A stretch of DNA of 64,000 bases, taken from the NCBI GenBank assembly GCA_963676415.1, contig OY781097.1, positions 1,282,497 through 1,346,496 on the forward strand, written 5' to 3'. The DNA comes from Bacteroidales bacterium (GTDB taxonomy: Bacteria > Bacteroidota > Bacteroidia > Bacteroidales > WRLA01). The notes beneath the pieces were generated by a model. It saw nothing but the letters and a program-made list of their open reading frames with translations, searched no databases and was not told the DNA's origin. Shown here in pieces: positions 1-9,417 of the stretch; position 1 is the first letter of the stretch; each line of letters opens with the position of its first letter. The translations under genes and the position numbers were made by a program.

Positions 1-1624
1 AATTTTTTTCCGAAACGATATTGGATTTGCCATTGCCATTCACAGATACGCGCTCGAGTGTTAGCGAAGCTCCGTTGACAACAAACATGCCGTCGGCTTC
101 AATTTGATCGTAAATTTCACTGTCGGTGATATTGGCCTCGGAAGCATCAATACGCACGCCTGTTCCCTTGTTTTTGAAAATCTTGCATTTGCTCATACGC
201 ATCCCGCTTTCGTCCTTTAAGCGCACACCCGAGCGTTCATTTTCAAATACCTGGCAGCCCTCAACACTGAAAAACGGCCCGGATTTCTTTTCGATAGACA
301 AACCTTCGTGCTTGTTTTGGTAGAGCTGGCAGTTGATTACTTTGCCCTTGCCGTTATCATACACATAAATCCCGGCCTGCTCCGAATTGTAAATTTTACA
401 ATCTTCAAGGGTTGGGCTCGCATTATCGTGGATGAGGATATTGGAAATTTTTGCAGAATGGATTTCACAGCCCATTATATGCGGATTGCTGTTTTCGCCA
501 ATTCCTAAGGCTGTTTTCCCGGAATTATAAAGTTTACAGTATTTTACACCCGGAAAAGCCCCGCTCTGTATGCGTATATTATTGTAGGCATTGTCATGGA
601 TGTTGCAATCGGCAATAAGACCCATAGCATTCGTCTGATAACAAACCCCATCGCCTTCATTGTTGTGAATATGGCAAGCAGTAACTGTGACCGATCCCGA
701 ATCCGTTACGTTTACCCCATCATTTCCGCAGCCATGGATATGGCAATTGTTGAGCGTTCCTCCGCCCTGATGGTAAAAATAAACACCCGATTGACGGGCA
801 TCATATATTTCGCAGTTGATCATCTCAACTTTTGATCCTTTATTATAAACGCCAACCGCCGAAAGGGCATTGCTGCTTACTTTGCAGTTAATCAGTTTAA
901 GGCTTCCTTTGGCCACACCAATAGCAAAAACTTTTGCTTCAGAGCCCGCAAGACCCTGTATATGAATGTTTTTCAAACTCGAATCGCCGCCATCGGCATA
1001 GATTGCCGATTTTTCAAATTCTTTAAAGATTACATCTCCTTCTCCGATGATGTTTAGGTTTTTATCCAAATAGACCCTACCGGTATAAGTCCCTTCCTTC
1101 ACCAAAATCGTATTGCCTGAACGGGCGTTTTTTACCGCTTCGGGCACAGAAATGTATTGCCCACGGCCATCCAGGCTGACCACAATATCGGCTTTAATAT
1201 TTTCCTTTGGAGCTGTTGAACTCTTGCCGCTTTCCTGAAAGGAACCAAAAAAGTCCTTGAATACATCTTCAATGGGAGGATTCGGTTTTTCTTCCTCTTC
1301 ACCGAAACTTCCGAGGATATCAATTTCCTCTTCCTCTTCACCGCTGAGTTTGGCTGCACATTGGTCGCGCCGCGCCTGCACCAGAAAATCATCATCAATG
1401 CGCAAAGCCTGATCGTACTTTTCCAGGGCTTCGGAATAGTTTTTATAATTCTGGAGTTCATCGGCTTCCTGCACGAGTTTTTCAAAGGCATACATCCTTT
1501 TGCACTGAAGGTACTCGTGCTTCAGGTCTTCATCATCAGGCTCTTGCTGATGCAATTCGAGAAATATTTTATAAGCCTCTTCATACTGGCCTTCCTGAAA
1601 CAGGCTTCTGGCTTTTTCGATCAT
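1..1624 (-). CDS. TPR-like N-terminus plus right-handed parallel beta-helix repeat protein (3' end runs off the window)
   Basis: Not in the ORF track; translated by hand from the ATG at 1624 and open to position 1. It starts MIEKARSLFQEGQYEEAYKIF (TPR-like), has an acidic linker, then DIVVSLDGRGQYISVPEAVKNARSGNTILVKEGTY and repeated xxCxIxxNxxxG units. No signal peptide. Confidence 0.8.
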   Translation of the reverse strand, partial: MIEKARSLFQEGQYEEAYKIFLELHQQEPDDEDLKHEYLQCKRMYAFEKLVQEADELQNYKNYSEALEKYDQALRIDDDFLVQARRDQCAAKLSGEEEEEIDILGSFGEEEEKPNPPIEDVFKDFFGSFQESGKSSTAPKENIKADIVVSLDGRGQYISVPEAVKNARSGNTILVKEGTYTGRVYLDKNLNIIGEGDVIFKEFEKSAIYADGGDSSLKNIHIQGLAGSEAKVFAIGVAKGSLKLINCKVSSNALSAVGVYNKGSKVEMINCEIYDARQSGVYFYHQGGGTLNNCHIHGCGNDGVNVTDSGSVTVTACHIHNNEGDGVCYQTNAMGLIADCNIHDNAYNNIRIQSGAFPGVKYCKLYNSGKTALGIGENSNPHIMGCEIHSAKISNILIHDNASPTLEDCKIYNSEQAGIYVYDNGKGKVINCQLYQNKHEGLSIEKKSGPFFSVEGCQVFENERSGVRLKDESGMRMSKCKIFKNKGTGVRIDASEANITDSEIYDQIEADGMFVVNGASLTLERVSVNGNGKSNIVSEKN

Positions 1625-1741
1625 AGCGCTTGGGGTTTATTAATTGTAATCGTTTATGCTTCAAATTTAAGGAAAATCCATTTGATGCGGATAAAATATC
1701 CAATAAAGAGTGATTGGGGTATCCTTCGGTACAAAAAAGAA

Positions 1742-2506
1742 TCAGATATTAAAAACACCGGCTGTTTTTAATATTGTTAGCAAAACAACGCCGGCAACAA
1801 TCCAGCGCACAAATGATGCTCCTTTTTTTACGGCAATGCGGGCGCTGAACCATCCGCCAACAATTGTTCCCAAACCCAGCACCAGACCGTACCACCAGTT
1901 TACGTCATTGTTAAGCGCAAAAATCAGCAAAGCAACAGGCGTATAAACAAATACGATAAAAACCTTTAAAGCATTGGCGCGCACCAAATCATAACCGGCA
2001 TTGAGCACCAAACCCGCCAGGAGCAGGTAACCAATGCCCATCTGGATAAAACCGCCCCAAATGCCAATCAGGAAAAAAATCAGGATTTGTTTCCACCCCA
2101 CCGGACGGTTAATCAGTTCATCCTGTCCTTTGAGCCATCGGTTGGGTTTATAAAACATCATCACCACCATCAAAACCATTACGCAGGCAAAAGCAATTTC
2201 AATGGCCTTTTTGGGCACATCAACGGCAATTAAAGCACCAACAATGCTGCCGAACAATGCCGGTAATGCCAATTTGATGCCTTTGCGGAAATCCAGGACT
2301 TTCTCCCGTTTAAAACTGCTTACCGCACCGATATTCTGCATCAGAATGGCCACGCGGTTGGTGCCGTTGGCGATATCTGGCGGAAGCCCCAGGAATAACA
2401 GAAGGCTAACGGATATTACCGAACCGCCTCCGGCAAGGGTATTTAAAAATCCAACCAAAAGGCCGGAAATTGCAAGGATAATTCCTTCTGCTATGCTCAT
2501 AATCAA
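1742..2506 (-). CDS. Sulfite exporter TauE/SafE family membrane protein
   Basis: GFLNTLAGGGSVI and ANGTNRVAIL motifs; about 8 TM segments; overlaps the upstream antiporter stop by 4 nt. Confidence 0.85.
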   Translation of the reverse strand: MIMSIAEGIILAISGLLVGFLNTLAGGGSVISVSLLLFLGLPPDIANGTNRVAILMQNIGAVSSFKREKVLDFRKGIKLALPALFGSIVGALIAVDVPKKAIEIAFACVMVLMVVMMFYKPNRWLKGQDELINRPVGWKQILIFFLIGIWGGFIQMGIGYLLLAGLVLNAGYDLVRANALKVFIVFVYTPVALLIFALNNDVNWWYGLVLGLGTIVGGWFSARIAVKKGASFVRWIVAGVVLLTILKTAGVFNI

Positions 2507-4443
2507 TTTGTTTTACAAGAATTTGCGTTTTCTTTTTTGCCCAAAAGCGAGATCGCAAAATAAAGCAAAATTATTCCTGCCGGGAACAAAATCCAGGAAT
2601 GGATACCAAATGCCGAGGGCAAAGTTCCTGCCAGAAGGGAAATGGCTCCAACCGTCAAAGCGTAAGGTATTTGCGTGCGCACATGCGCGAGGTGGTTGCA
2701 TCCGCTGGCCAAAGAACTGAGAATGGTCGTATCCGAAATCGGGCTGCAATGATCGCCCAGGACCGAACCGGCCAAAACCGTTGAAACCACATTATAAAAA
2801 ATGGCCATGGAGGCATCATAATCCAAACCGGCATTTTTGGAAATCAGCCAGGTGGCAGGTAAAATCAACGGATACAAAATCGCCATGGTACCCCATGATG
2901 AGCCGGTACTGAACGCGACCAAAGCAGCCAGGATAAAAGTGAAAAACGGGATCAGCCAGGGCGAAGCATTCATATTTATCAATATATTGCTGATGTAGGA
3001 TGCAGTGTGCATATGCTCCGTAAGCAAAGCCACCGACCAGGCCAGCACCAAAATTACAATGGCCGTAAGCATGGTACGGAATCCGTCAATCATGCTTTCC
3101 ATGCACTGGCTGAGGTTCATCAGTTTCTGCCCGATACTCAGTCCCACAGCGGTAATTACTCCGCCCAGCGATGACCAGAGCAAAGCTTTATATGAGTCGG
3201 CTTCACCGATAATAATGGAAATTTTCCGAAAACAGGAAATACTATCATCATGCCACACATTGCTGTCCCAACCCGTATAAAGAAGCCCGGCCAATGTGCC
3301 AAAAATGATGACCAATACAGGAATCAATGCATTAAACCAGCGGGCTTTTGCACCTTTGGCCATGCTGAATTCCGATTCTGCCGATACTTTGTTTTCCTCA
3401 TCTTTCTGGTTTTTTCCTGCACGTGCGAGGAGTTCTGCCTTGCGCATGGGTCCAAAATCACGTTTGCGCCAAATCAGCATCAGCATAAAAGCCAGCGTAA
3501 AAATGGGGTAGAAACTGTATGCCAAGCTATTGAAAAACACACTATAGGCATTTTCATCGATGCCAATAGCTTCTGTTCCGCTTTGGATGTAGCTGAGTTC
3601 GGCACCAATCCATGTGGTTACAAAAGCGATGGCAGCAATAGGAGCTGCTGTGGAATCAACAACATAAGCCAGTTTTTCACGCGAAATGCGCAGCTTATCG
3701 GCAACCGGACGCATGGTATTGCCCACAACGAGTGTGTTGGCATAATCATCAAAAAAAATGGCCACGCCAAGCAACCAGGTAACCAATTGCCCGGAACGCG
3801 GCGAGCGGGCATAGCGCGAAAGCTTATCCACAACGCCCTTCATGCCTCCGTTTTTGGTGATGATATGCACCATCCCGCCAATCAGCATCGAAAAAACAAT
3901 AATGGAAATATGGCCTTCATCCAGCATGGATTGTGCAATATATGTGTCCACAATGCGGAACATGCCTTCAAAAACAGCCACCAGCAAATGCGTGCCCCCG
4001 TACCAGGCAATCAGTGCCGTACCGAAAAGCAAGCCAATAAAAAGAGCGGAGAAAACCTCACGCAGCAAAAGCGCGAAAAGAATAGCAATAATGGGTGGTA
4101 TAATGCTGAACCATAATGGAATAGGATTTACCGGAACTTCCGCGTGAAATCCTCCTGCACTAATGCGGAGATTTTCTTTTGCAGGAAAACTGTGGGTGAA
4201 AACATATGCCTGGCCTTGCCGAAAAGCAAAGGCATTTTTGCCGTTAACCTGAATGATTATGCTGTCCTGATTGATTTCGGTATCTGCCGGCAAAGCAATT
4301 TCCACATCATATTCGATGTGCTGCATGATAATTTCCGGGAGGATGATCTGGAATTCTTGATGAGGCAGCTTTTCAGCATGGAGACCTTCAAAAGCAAACA
4401 GAAGGGAGAGAAGAAGAACAAGTCGGGTGTAGTATGATGGCAT
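2503..4443 (-). CDS. Na+/H+ antiporter NhaC family protein with an N-terminal exported domain
   Basis: FFDDYANTLVVG, VDSTAAP, FSTGSSWGTMAIL and GDHCSPISDTTILSS motifs; signal-peptide-like start and ~100 aa soluble extension. Confidence 0.85.
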   Translation of the reverse strand: MPSYYTRLVLLLSLLFAFEGLHAEKLPHQEFQIILPEIIMQHIEYDVEIALPADTEINQDSIIIQVNGKNAFAFRQGQAYVFTHSFPAKENLRISAGGFHAEVPVNPIPLWFSIIPPIIAILFALLLREVFSALFIGLLFGTALIAWYGGTHLLVAVFEGMFRIVDTYIAQSMLDEGHISIIVFSMLIGGMVHIITKNGGMKGVVDKLSRYARSPRSGQLVTWLLGVAIFFDDYANTLVVGNTMRPVADKLRISREKLAYVVDSTAAPIAAIAFVTTWIGAELSYIQSGTEAIGIDENAYSVFFNSLAYSFYPIFTLAFMLMLIWRKRDFGPMRKAELLARAGKNQKDEENKVSAESEFSMAKGAKARWFNALIPVLVIIFGTLAGLLYTGWDSNVWHDDSISCFRKISIIIGEADSYKALLWSSLGGVITAVGLSIGQKLMNLSQCMESMIDGFRTMLTAIVILVLAWSVALLTEHMHTASYISNILINMNASPWLIPFFTFILAALVAFSTGSSWGTMAILYPLILPATWLISKNAGLDYDASMAIFYNVVSTVLAGSVLGDHCSPISDTTILSSLASGCNHLAHVRTQIPYALTVGAISLLAGTLPSAFGIHSWILFPAGIILLYFAISLLGKKENANSCKTN

Positions 4444-4622
4444 AATGCTATTTCAGGGATTATGCGCTAAATTATTCATTTTTCTGAATAATGATACCCC
4501 TGATGGAAAATCGCAGAATGGAAATTAGATCATTTCGTGGATTGCTTTTTACAGTCGAGAGTGTAGAAAAATATTCTATTAATCAGAACGGTAGCTAAAT
4601 TTTGTTTTGCCCTGTATTATTC

Positions 4623-5007
4623 TCAAAGCGAATTGATAATTTCCAGATTGTCAATACGTTGAAAATGTTTTATATTAAAGGTTGCAATGGGCAGATTGTA
4701 TTCTAAAGCAGTAGCTCCAATTAAAATATCTGCAATATCTATAATCTTATTGCTTGTTTGAAGGTTCTTTATAAATACCTACAGCTTTTTGAGAACACTC
4801 CGCAGTAAATGGCAGGCAGTGCAAATTCCTAAGCAGCTTGCTCCAAAAATCATAGTGTATTTCACGATTGCCAATACCAATCTCATAATGGGTGATAACC
4901 GAAATAGCTAATTCGTAATTATTTTCCGACAATTGGTAGAACAGGGTTTTTGATTTATTCCTCTTGCGAAAAAAGTCAATTAAAACAGACGAGTCAACCA
5001 ATATCAT
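4623..5007 (-). pseudogene. vapC: Frameshifted PIN-domain (VapC-like) toxin
   Basis: N-half MILVDSSVLIDFFR...SVITHYEI stops at 4747. The C-half (NKIIDIADILIGATALEYNLPIATFNIKHFQRIDNLEII) continues in the shifted frame to TGA at 4623. Span is 3n+1. Confidence 0.8.
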
Positions 5008-5239
5008 GCTATCCTGGATTTATTTAGTTGATCTCTGGCGTTTTGAAAATTCAATACATCATCCTCACTCCAGATTGGCGCATTAAGCAGCAGTTCCTGA
5101 AAATCAGCATCCTTTTTTTTGAAGCTATTTTTGATTGTAAGGACTTTACAAGCCTTTTGATATCATTTTCAGGTAACTGGTGAACAATTTCCAGAATTTG
5201 TTCGTATTCAAGGTTCAATTTTAATTCCATGGAATCCAT
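5004..5239 (-). pseudogene. Frameshifted putative antitoxin
   Basis: The frame breaks at an A8 run (T8 at 5113-5120). The -1 frame reads KKDADFQELLLNAPIWSEDDVLNFQNARDQLNKSRIA and ends in a TGA overlapping the vapC ATG (ATGA), typical TA coupling. Confidence 0.65.
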
Positions 5240-5330
5240 TTTCTACAAAAAAAATACATATACATCCAAAAAGGAATTTTTATGAAGGATTTTTCAAGCT
5301 TTAACCTGTGTTTCGTTTCAGGCTCCTCGA

Positions 5331-7232
5331 TTATTTCGCTAAAAAATCTTGTATCGCTTTCACAATCCCTTCCGCGTCAAAACCACATTCTTTATAAAGC
5401 TCTGCCGGGCTGCCTTGCTCAATGAACTGATCGGGGACTCCCAAACGCTTCACCTCAGCTGTATAGCCGTGATCTGCCATAAATTCCAAAACGGCACTGC
5501 CCAAGCCTCCATGAATTGTTCCATCTTCCACTGTGATAATCTTTTTGTGGTTTTTCATGGCATCGTGGAGCAAACCTTCATCCAGCGGGCGCAAAAAACG
5601 AATGTCGTAATGCGATGCAGAAACCTTGCCTTGAAGAGATTCCAAGGCTTCAGCCACAAAATTACCGGGATGGCCGATACTGATGATGGCCACATCTTTT
5701 CCTTCGGAGAGTTTGCGGCCTTTGCCTATTTCCATTTTCTCAAAAGGTTTTTTCCAGTCGGGCATTACGCCACGTCCACGCGGATAGCGAATGGAAAATG
5801 TACCTGCGCCATCCAATTGGGCGGTGTACATCATATTGCGCAGTTCCACCTCGTTCATCGGTGCCGCAATGGTGATGCCGGGAACAGCACGGAAATAGGC
5901 CAGATCAAACACGCCGTGATGTGTCGGGCCATCTTCGCCAACCAATCCGCCACGGTCGAGGCAAAAAACCACGTGGAGTTTCTGTAAAGCAACATCATGG
6001 ATCACCTGATCGTAAGCACGTTGCATAAAAGAGCTGTAGATATTGCAAAAAGGGATCAAACCCTCGGCAGCAAGTCCGGCCGAAAAAGTAACGGCATGTT
6101 GCTCGGCAATGCCCACATCAAAAGCGCGTTCGGGCATTACTTTCATCATCATATTAAGCGAGCAGCCCGTAGGCATTGCAGGAGTAATACCCACAATTTT
6201 TTCATTTTTTTCGGCCAGCTCAATAATCGATTTTCCAAAAACATTCTGATATTTAGGTGCTTGGGGCGTATCGCATTCCTTTTTGATGATCTGTCCGGTT
6301 TTTTTATCGAAAGTTCCGGGGGCATGATAGGTTGTCGGGTCTTTCTCTGCCGAGGCCAGTCCCTTGCCTTTTTTGGTAATCACATGCAGCAATTTCGGAC
6401 CTTTAATGTGCTTCAGGTCGCGGAGGATCTTGGTAAGCTTGGCGATATCGTTGCCATCAACCGGGCCGAAATAACGGAAATTCAGGGATTCAAAGAAATT
6501 GCTTTTATCGAGGATTGTAGATTTAACCGCATTGGAAAGCTGGCGGACAATAGCCCTGGAATTTCCTCCGTATTTGGTGCCGCCGCCCATCATAAACCAC
6601 ACCTTATTACGCAGCCGGTTATAAAAACGCGAAGCAACCATTTCACCCAGATATTCCTTAAGGGCGCCCACATTTTTATCGATGGCGATACCGTTGTCGT
6701 TCAGCACCACCAGCATATCAGCGCCGGTTCCTCCGGCATGGTTCATGGCTTCAAATGCCATGCCCGCTGTCATGCTCCCATCGCCGATTACCGCAATGTG
6801 CCTGCGGTCGGTTTCGCCTTTAAGTTTTGAAGCTGTGGCCATGCCCAAAATGGCAGAAACAGATGTGGAGGAATGTCCGGTTCCAAAAGCATCGTATTCA
6901 CTTTCCTTCATTTTCGGGAAACCACTGATGCCCTTATGCTTGCGGTTGGTATAAAAATCATCTTTTCGTCCAGTGAGGATTTTATGCGGATATGCCTGAT
7001 GGCCTACGTCCCAAACCAGCTTGTCGTAAGGCGTATTGTACACATAGTGCATTGCCACAGCAAGCTCTACTGCACCCAAACTGGCACCTAGATGCCCCGG
7101 ATTTGTTGATGTCAGGTCAATGATGTATTTACGTAAATCGGCACACAATTGCTCCAGGTCTTCTTCCTTCAGATTCCGCAAATCTTCGGGATTATTGACT
7201 TTGGCAAGTATTTTATATTCCTCCTCGGACAT
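5331..7232 (-). CDS. dxs: 1-deoxy-D-xylulose-5-phosphate synthase
   Basis: GHLGASLG, WDVGHQAYPHKILTGR, GDGSMTAGMAFEAMN and DVGIAEQHAVT motifs. Start placed at MSEEE, downstream of a TATATTTG box at 7252-7259. Confidence 0.97.
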   Translation of the reverse strand: MSEEEYKILAKVNNPEDLRNLKEEDLEQLCADLRKYIIDLTSTNPGHLGASLGAVELAVAMHYVYNTPYDKLVWDVGHQAYPHKILTGRKDDFYTNRKHKGISGFPKMKESEYDAFGTGHSSTSVSAILGMATASKLKGETDRRHIAVIGDGSMTAGMAFEAMNHAGGTGADMLVVLNDNGIAIDKNVGALKEYLGEMVASRFYNRLRNKVWFMMGGGTKYGGNSRAIVRQLSNAVKSTILDKSNFFESLNFRYFGPVDGNDIAKLTKILRDLKHIKGPKLLHVITKKGKGLASAEKDPTTYHAPGTFDKKTGQIIKKECDTPQAPKYQNVFGKSIIELAEKNEKIVGITPAMPTGCSLNMMMKVMPERAFDVGIAEQHAVTFSAGLAAEGLIPFCNIYSSFMQRAYDQVIHDVALQKLHVVFCLDRGGLVGEDGPTHHGVFDLAYFRAVPGITIAAPMNEVELRNMMYTAQLDGAGTFSIRYPRGRGVMPDWKKPFEKMEIGKGRKLSEGKDVAIISIGHPGNFVAEALESLQGKVSASHYDIRFLRPLDEGLLHDAMKNHKKIITVEDGTIHGGLGSAVLEFMADHGYTAEVKRLGVPDQFIEQGSPAELYKECGFDAEGIVKAIQDFLAK

Positions 7233-7322
7233 AATTTTCTTAATCAGTTTGCAAATATACTTGTTTTTCAAAACTGATCGGGACAGGAAAGAGGAGAAAA
7301 GCAAGGCCGGAAACTGCCGCGA

Positions 7323-9017
7323 TTAATGCAAAACAAGCTTTTTGTGAACCGATTTGTTATTGGTTTCGACACAAAGCACGTACAAACCAGCAGGATAGCT
7401 TCCATAGTGGATGCTTTCGAAATTGCCGCTGCAGTTTTTGCTAAAGACTTCCTTGCCGGATAATGCGATGAGGCGGATTTCTTTCAGCTCTTGTCCCTTT
7501 CCTGAAACCACATGAATATTCTTCCCTGAAATACTGATGCTGATATCACTTATCGCCAGTTCGTTTGTGGATGTTATGTCGCAGGCGGCTTTTACCAGAT
7601 CCAGTGTTTCGCAATCACCGCTGTTTCGCTTTATTGTAGCAGGGTGTCCTCTGTCAATATAGCTACAAAGCCATTCGTATTTACAATTATTTAATTTTGG
7701 ATTGTCTGTAATTATCATTCTGAAATTATTGTCCAAATTAATATTGTTCCAGTCGGGCAGTGTTTCAAGATTTTCATTTGAACTTATTCCGACCATAAAG
7801 CTCATATACTCAATACTATTGAGTGGGTTCAGCTCAATGAGGCTGTTACACCCTTTTATTTCAAGACTGGATTCACAATATTTTAAAGAAGAGAGGAATT
7901 CCACATCGCGCAGCATTGGGTTTTGTTTAATAATCAGGCCTGCAAATTCCTTTTGCTGAATAATAGTATCCAATTTTCCAAATATTTCCACCTTCTCCAG
8001 TCTTTCATTATCTGAAAGCAACAGTTCATTGATTTTACGAGTATTATTAACGCCCTGAATATAGTTTAACGAACTGTTTCCAGAAACATTTAGCATATTT
8101 AATGATTCTAAAGCAGGAAAAACACATAGGCTATCAATTGCTGTATTTCCCAAGAAACTAAAGCTTTCAAGGCTTTTTAAAGAATCAAAAGAATTAACAC
8201 AGATCAATTCTTCATTGCTCAGGATATTGATTATTCCTGCCGATATAAGACTATCAAAACCACTAATGGACCTGAGGCCTTTGTTACGGCGTACACTTAA
8301 AAAACCAATATAGTCAACACTCCCGATACCAATCAAAGAATCTATGCCATCATTATCGCTAAAATCTAACTGCCCCAACGAGTCAAGAGAGCTGTTTTTT
8401 GCAATGTCAATTCTTTCTGAGCACCCGACAATGCTTAGTAAAGCAAGCTTTTGTATATCATTAAGACCCTCTGTACTAAATTCCTGGCACAATCCGTTAA
8501 ACTTGAGTTGTTCTAATGATCGCAGTCTATCCAAGCCCTTAAGATTATTGAAACCATTGCCCAATTCTCCAAAAATTTCCAACACATTGATTGATTCAAT
8601 ATTACCTAAACCATAAAGGCTTCTTAATCTGGGAAGCGCGGTTAAATAGAAGGATTTTACACTTTTTAAACCAAGAAGTGAGCTAATACTTTGAAGGTTT
8701 TTAAGATTTTCAAGGCTAATCCACTCCGTTATTACTTCTAAGCTATCAAGGCCTTTTAGCTTAATCAGAGCCGGACAATAGCTTATTTCAAGACATTGGA
8801 CCGTATCTATATTCGATAATCCCATAAGGTTTGTAATGGAATCCCCAACTATAGAAACCCACCCATCAATATGATGGCACTCAGGATACATTATAGGAAA
8901 ACTATCGATTTGCGATTGTCGCTGGAAATGAAAATAACCGGATAAAACCTCCTGAGCTTTTGCTGAGATAGCGACAGTAAAGCATAAAGCCAGCAGGGCA
9001 ATTGTTCTTTTTATCAT
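7323..9017 (-). CDS. Secreted leucine-rich/receptor-L-like repeat protein with T9SS type A sorting domain
   Basis: Signal peptide; repeated LxxLxGLxxL units; C-terminal YPAGLYVLCVETNNKSVHKKLVLH; AT-rich core. Confidence 0.75.
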   Translation of the reverse strand: MIKRTIALLALCFTVAISAKAQEVLSGYFHFQRQSQIDSFPIMYPECHHIDGWVSIVGDSITNLMGLSNIDTVQCLEISYCPALIKLKGLDSLEVITEWISLENLKNLQSISSLLGLKSVKSFYLTALPRLRSLYGLGNIESINVLEIFGELGNGFNNLKGLDRLRSLEQLKFNGLCQEFSTEGLNDIQKLALLSIVGCSERIDIAKNSSLDSLGQLDFSDNDGIDSLIGIGSVDYIGFLSVRRNKGLRSISGFDSLISAGIINILSNEELICVNSFDSLKSLESFSFLGNTAIDSLCVFPALESLNMLNVSGNSSLNYIQGVNNTRKINELLLSDNERLEKVEIFGKLDTIIQQKEFAGLIIKQNPMLRDVEFLSSLKYCESSLEIKGCNSLIELNPLNSIEYMSFMVGISSNENLETLPDWNNINLDNNFRMIITDNPKLNNCKYEWLCSYIDRGHPATIKRNSGDCETLDLVKAACDITSTNELAISDISISISGKNIHVVSGKGQELKEIRLIALSGKEVFSKNCSGNFESIHYGSYPAGLYVLCVETNNKSVHKKLVLH

Positions 9018-9417
9018 GGGTTCAAACTTCTATTGGTTATGAATTTTCAAAAGTAATATAATTTCTGATATTGATAAATGATTAGCTTGAAAAAAAATAA
9101 TATTAAACTTTAACTAATGCTCTAATTATTCAGTCAAATCTTATATCAAGGAAGATATATTTAAATAGATGAATATTAAATATAGCCGTTGAATTGTGGA
9201 ATAATTTGTTTCATTCAGTTTCTCCCAAAATAATCATACTACTATCAATCTATAACACAAAAATAATCGTAATATTATCAAGTTATTGCTTAAAATCAGA
9301 TATAAAAATTAAATTAATAAGAAATGAAGACTTTAACAAAAAGCTTGTGCCAGAACAGCAGCAGTTTTGTTCTAAAAACTAAACTATTGTTATAATTTAA
9401 AATACAAGATGATCCGA

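Noticed and set aside
3250-6830. Long plus-strand ORFs (3250-4116, 5349-5987, 5997-6830) and similar shadow ORFs elsewhere
   Set aside because: They are antisense to well-supported genes (NhaC antiporter, dxs) and have no recognisable motifs.
9020-9415. AT-rich intergenic region and 62-aa ORF 9194-9382
   Set aside because: Low complexity, TTG start, and no structure or motif that can be supported.
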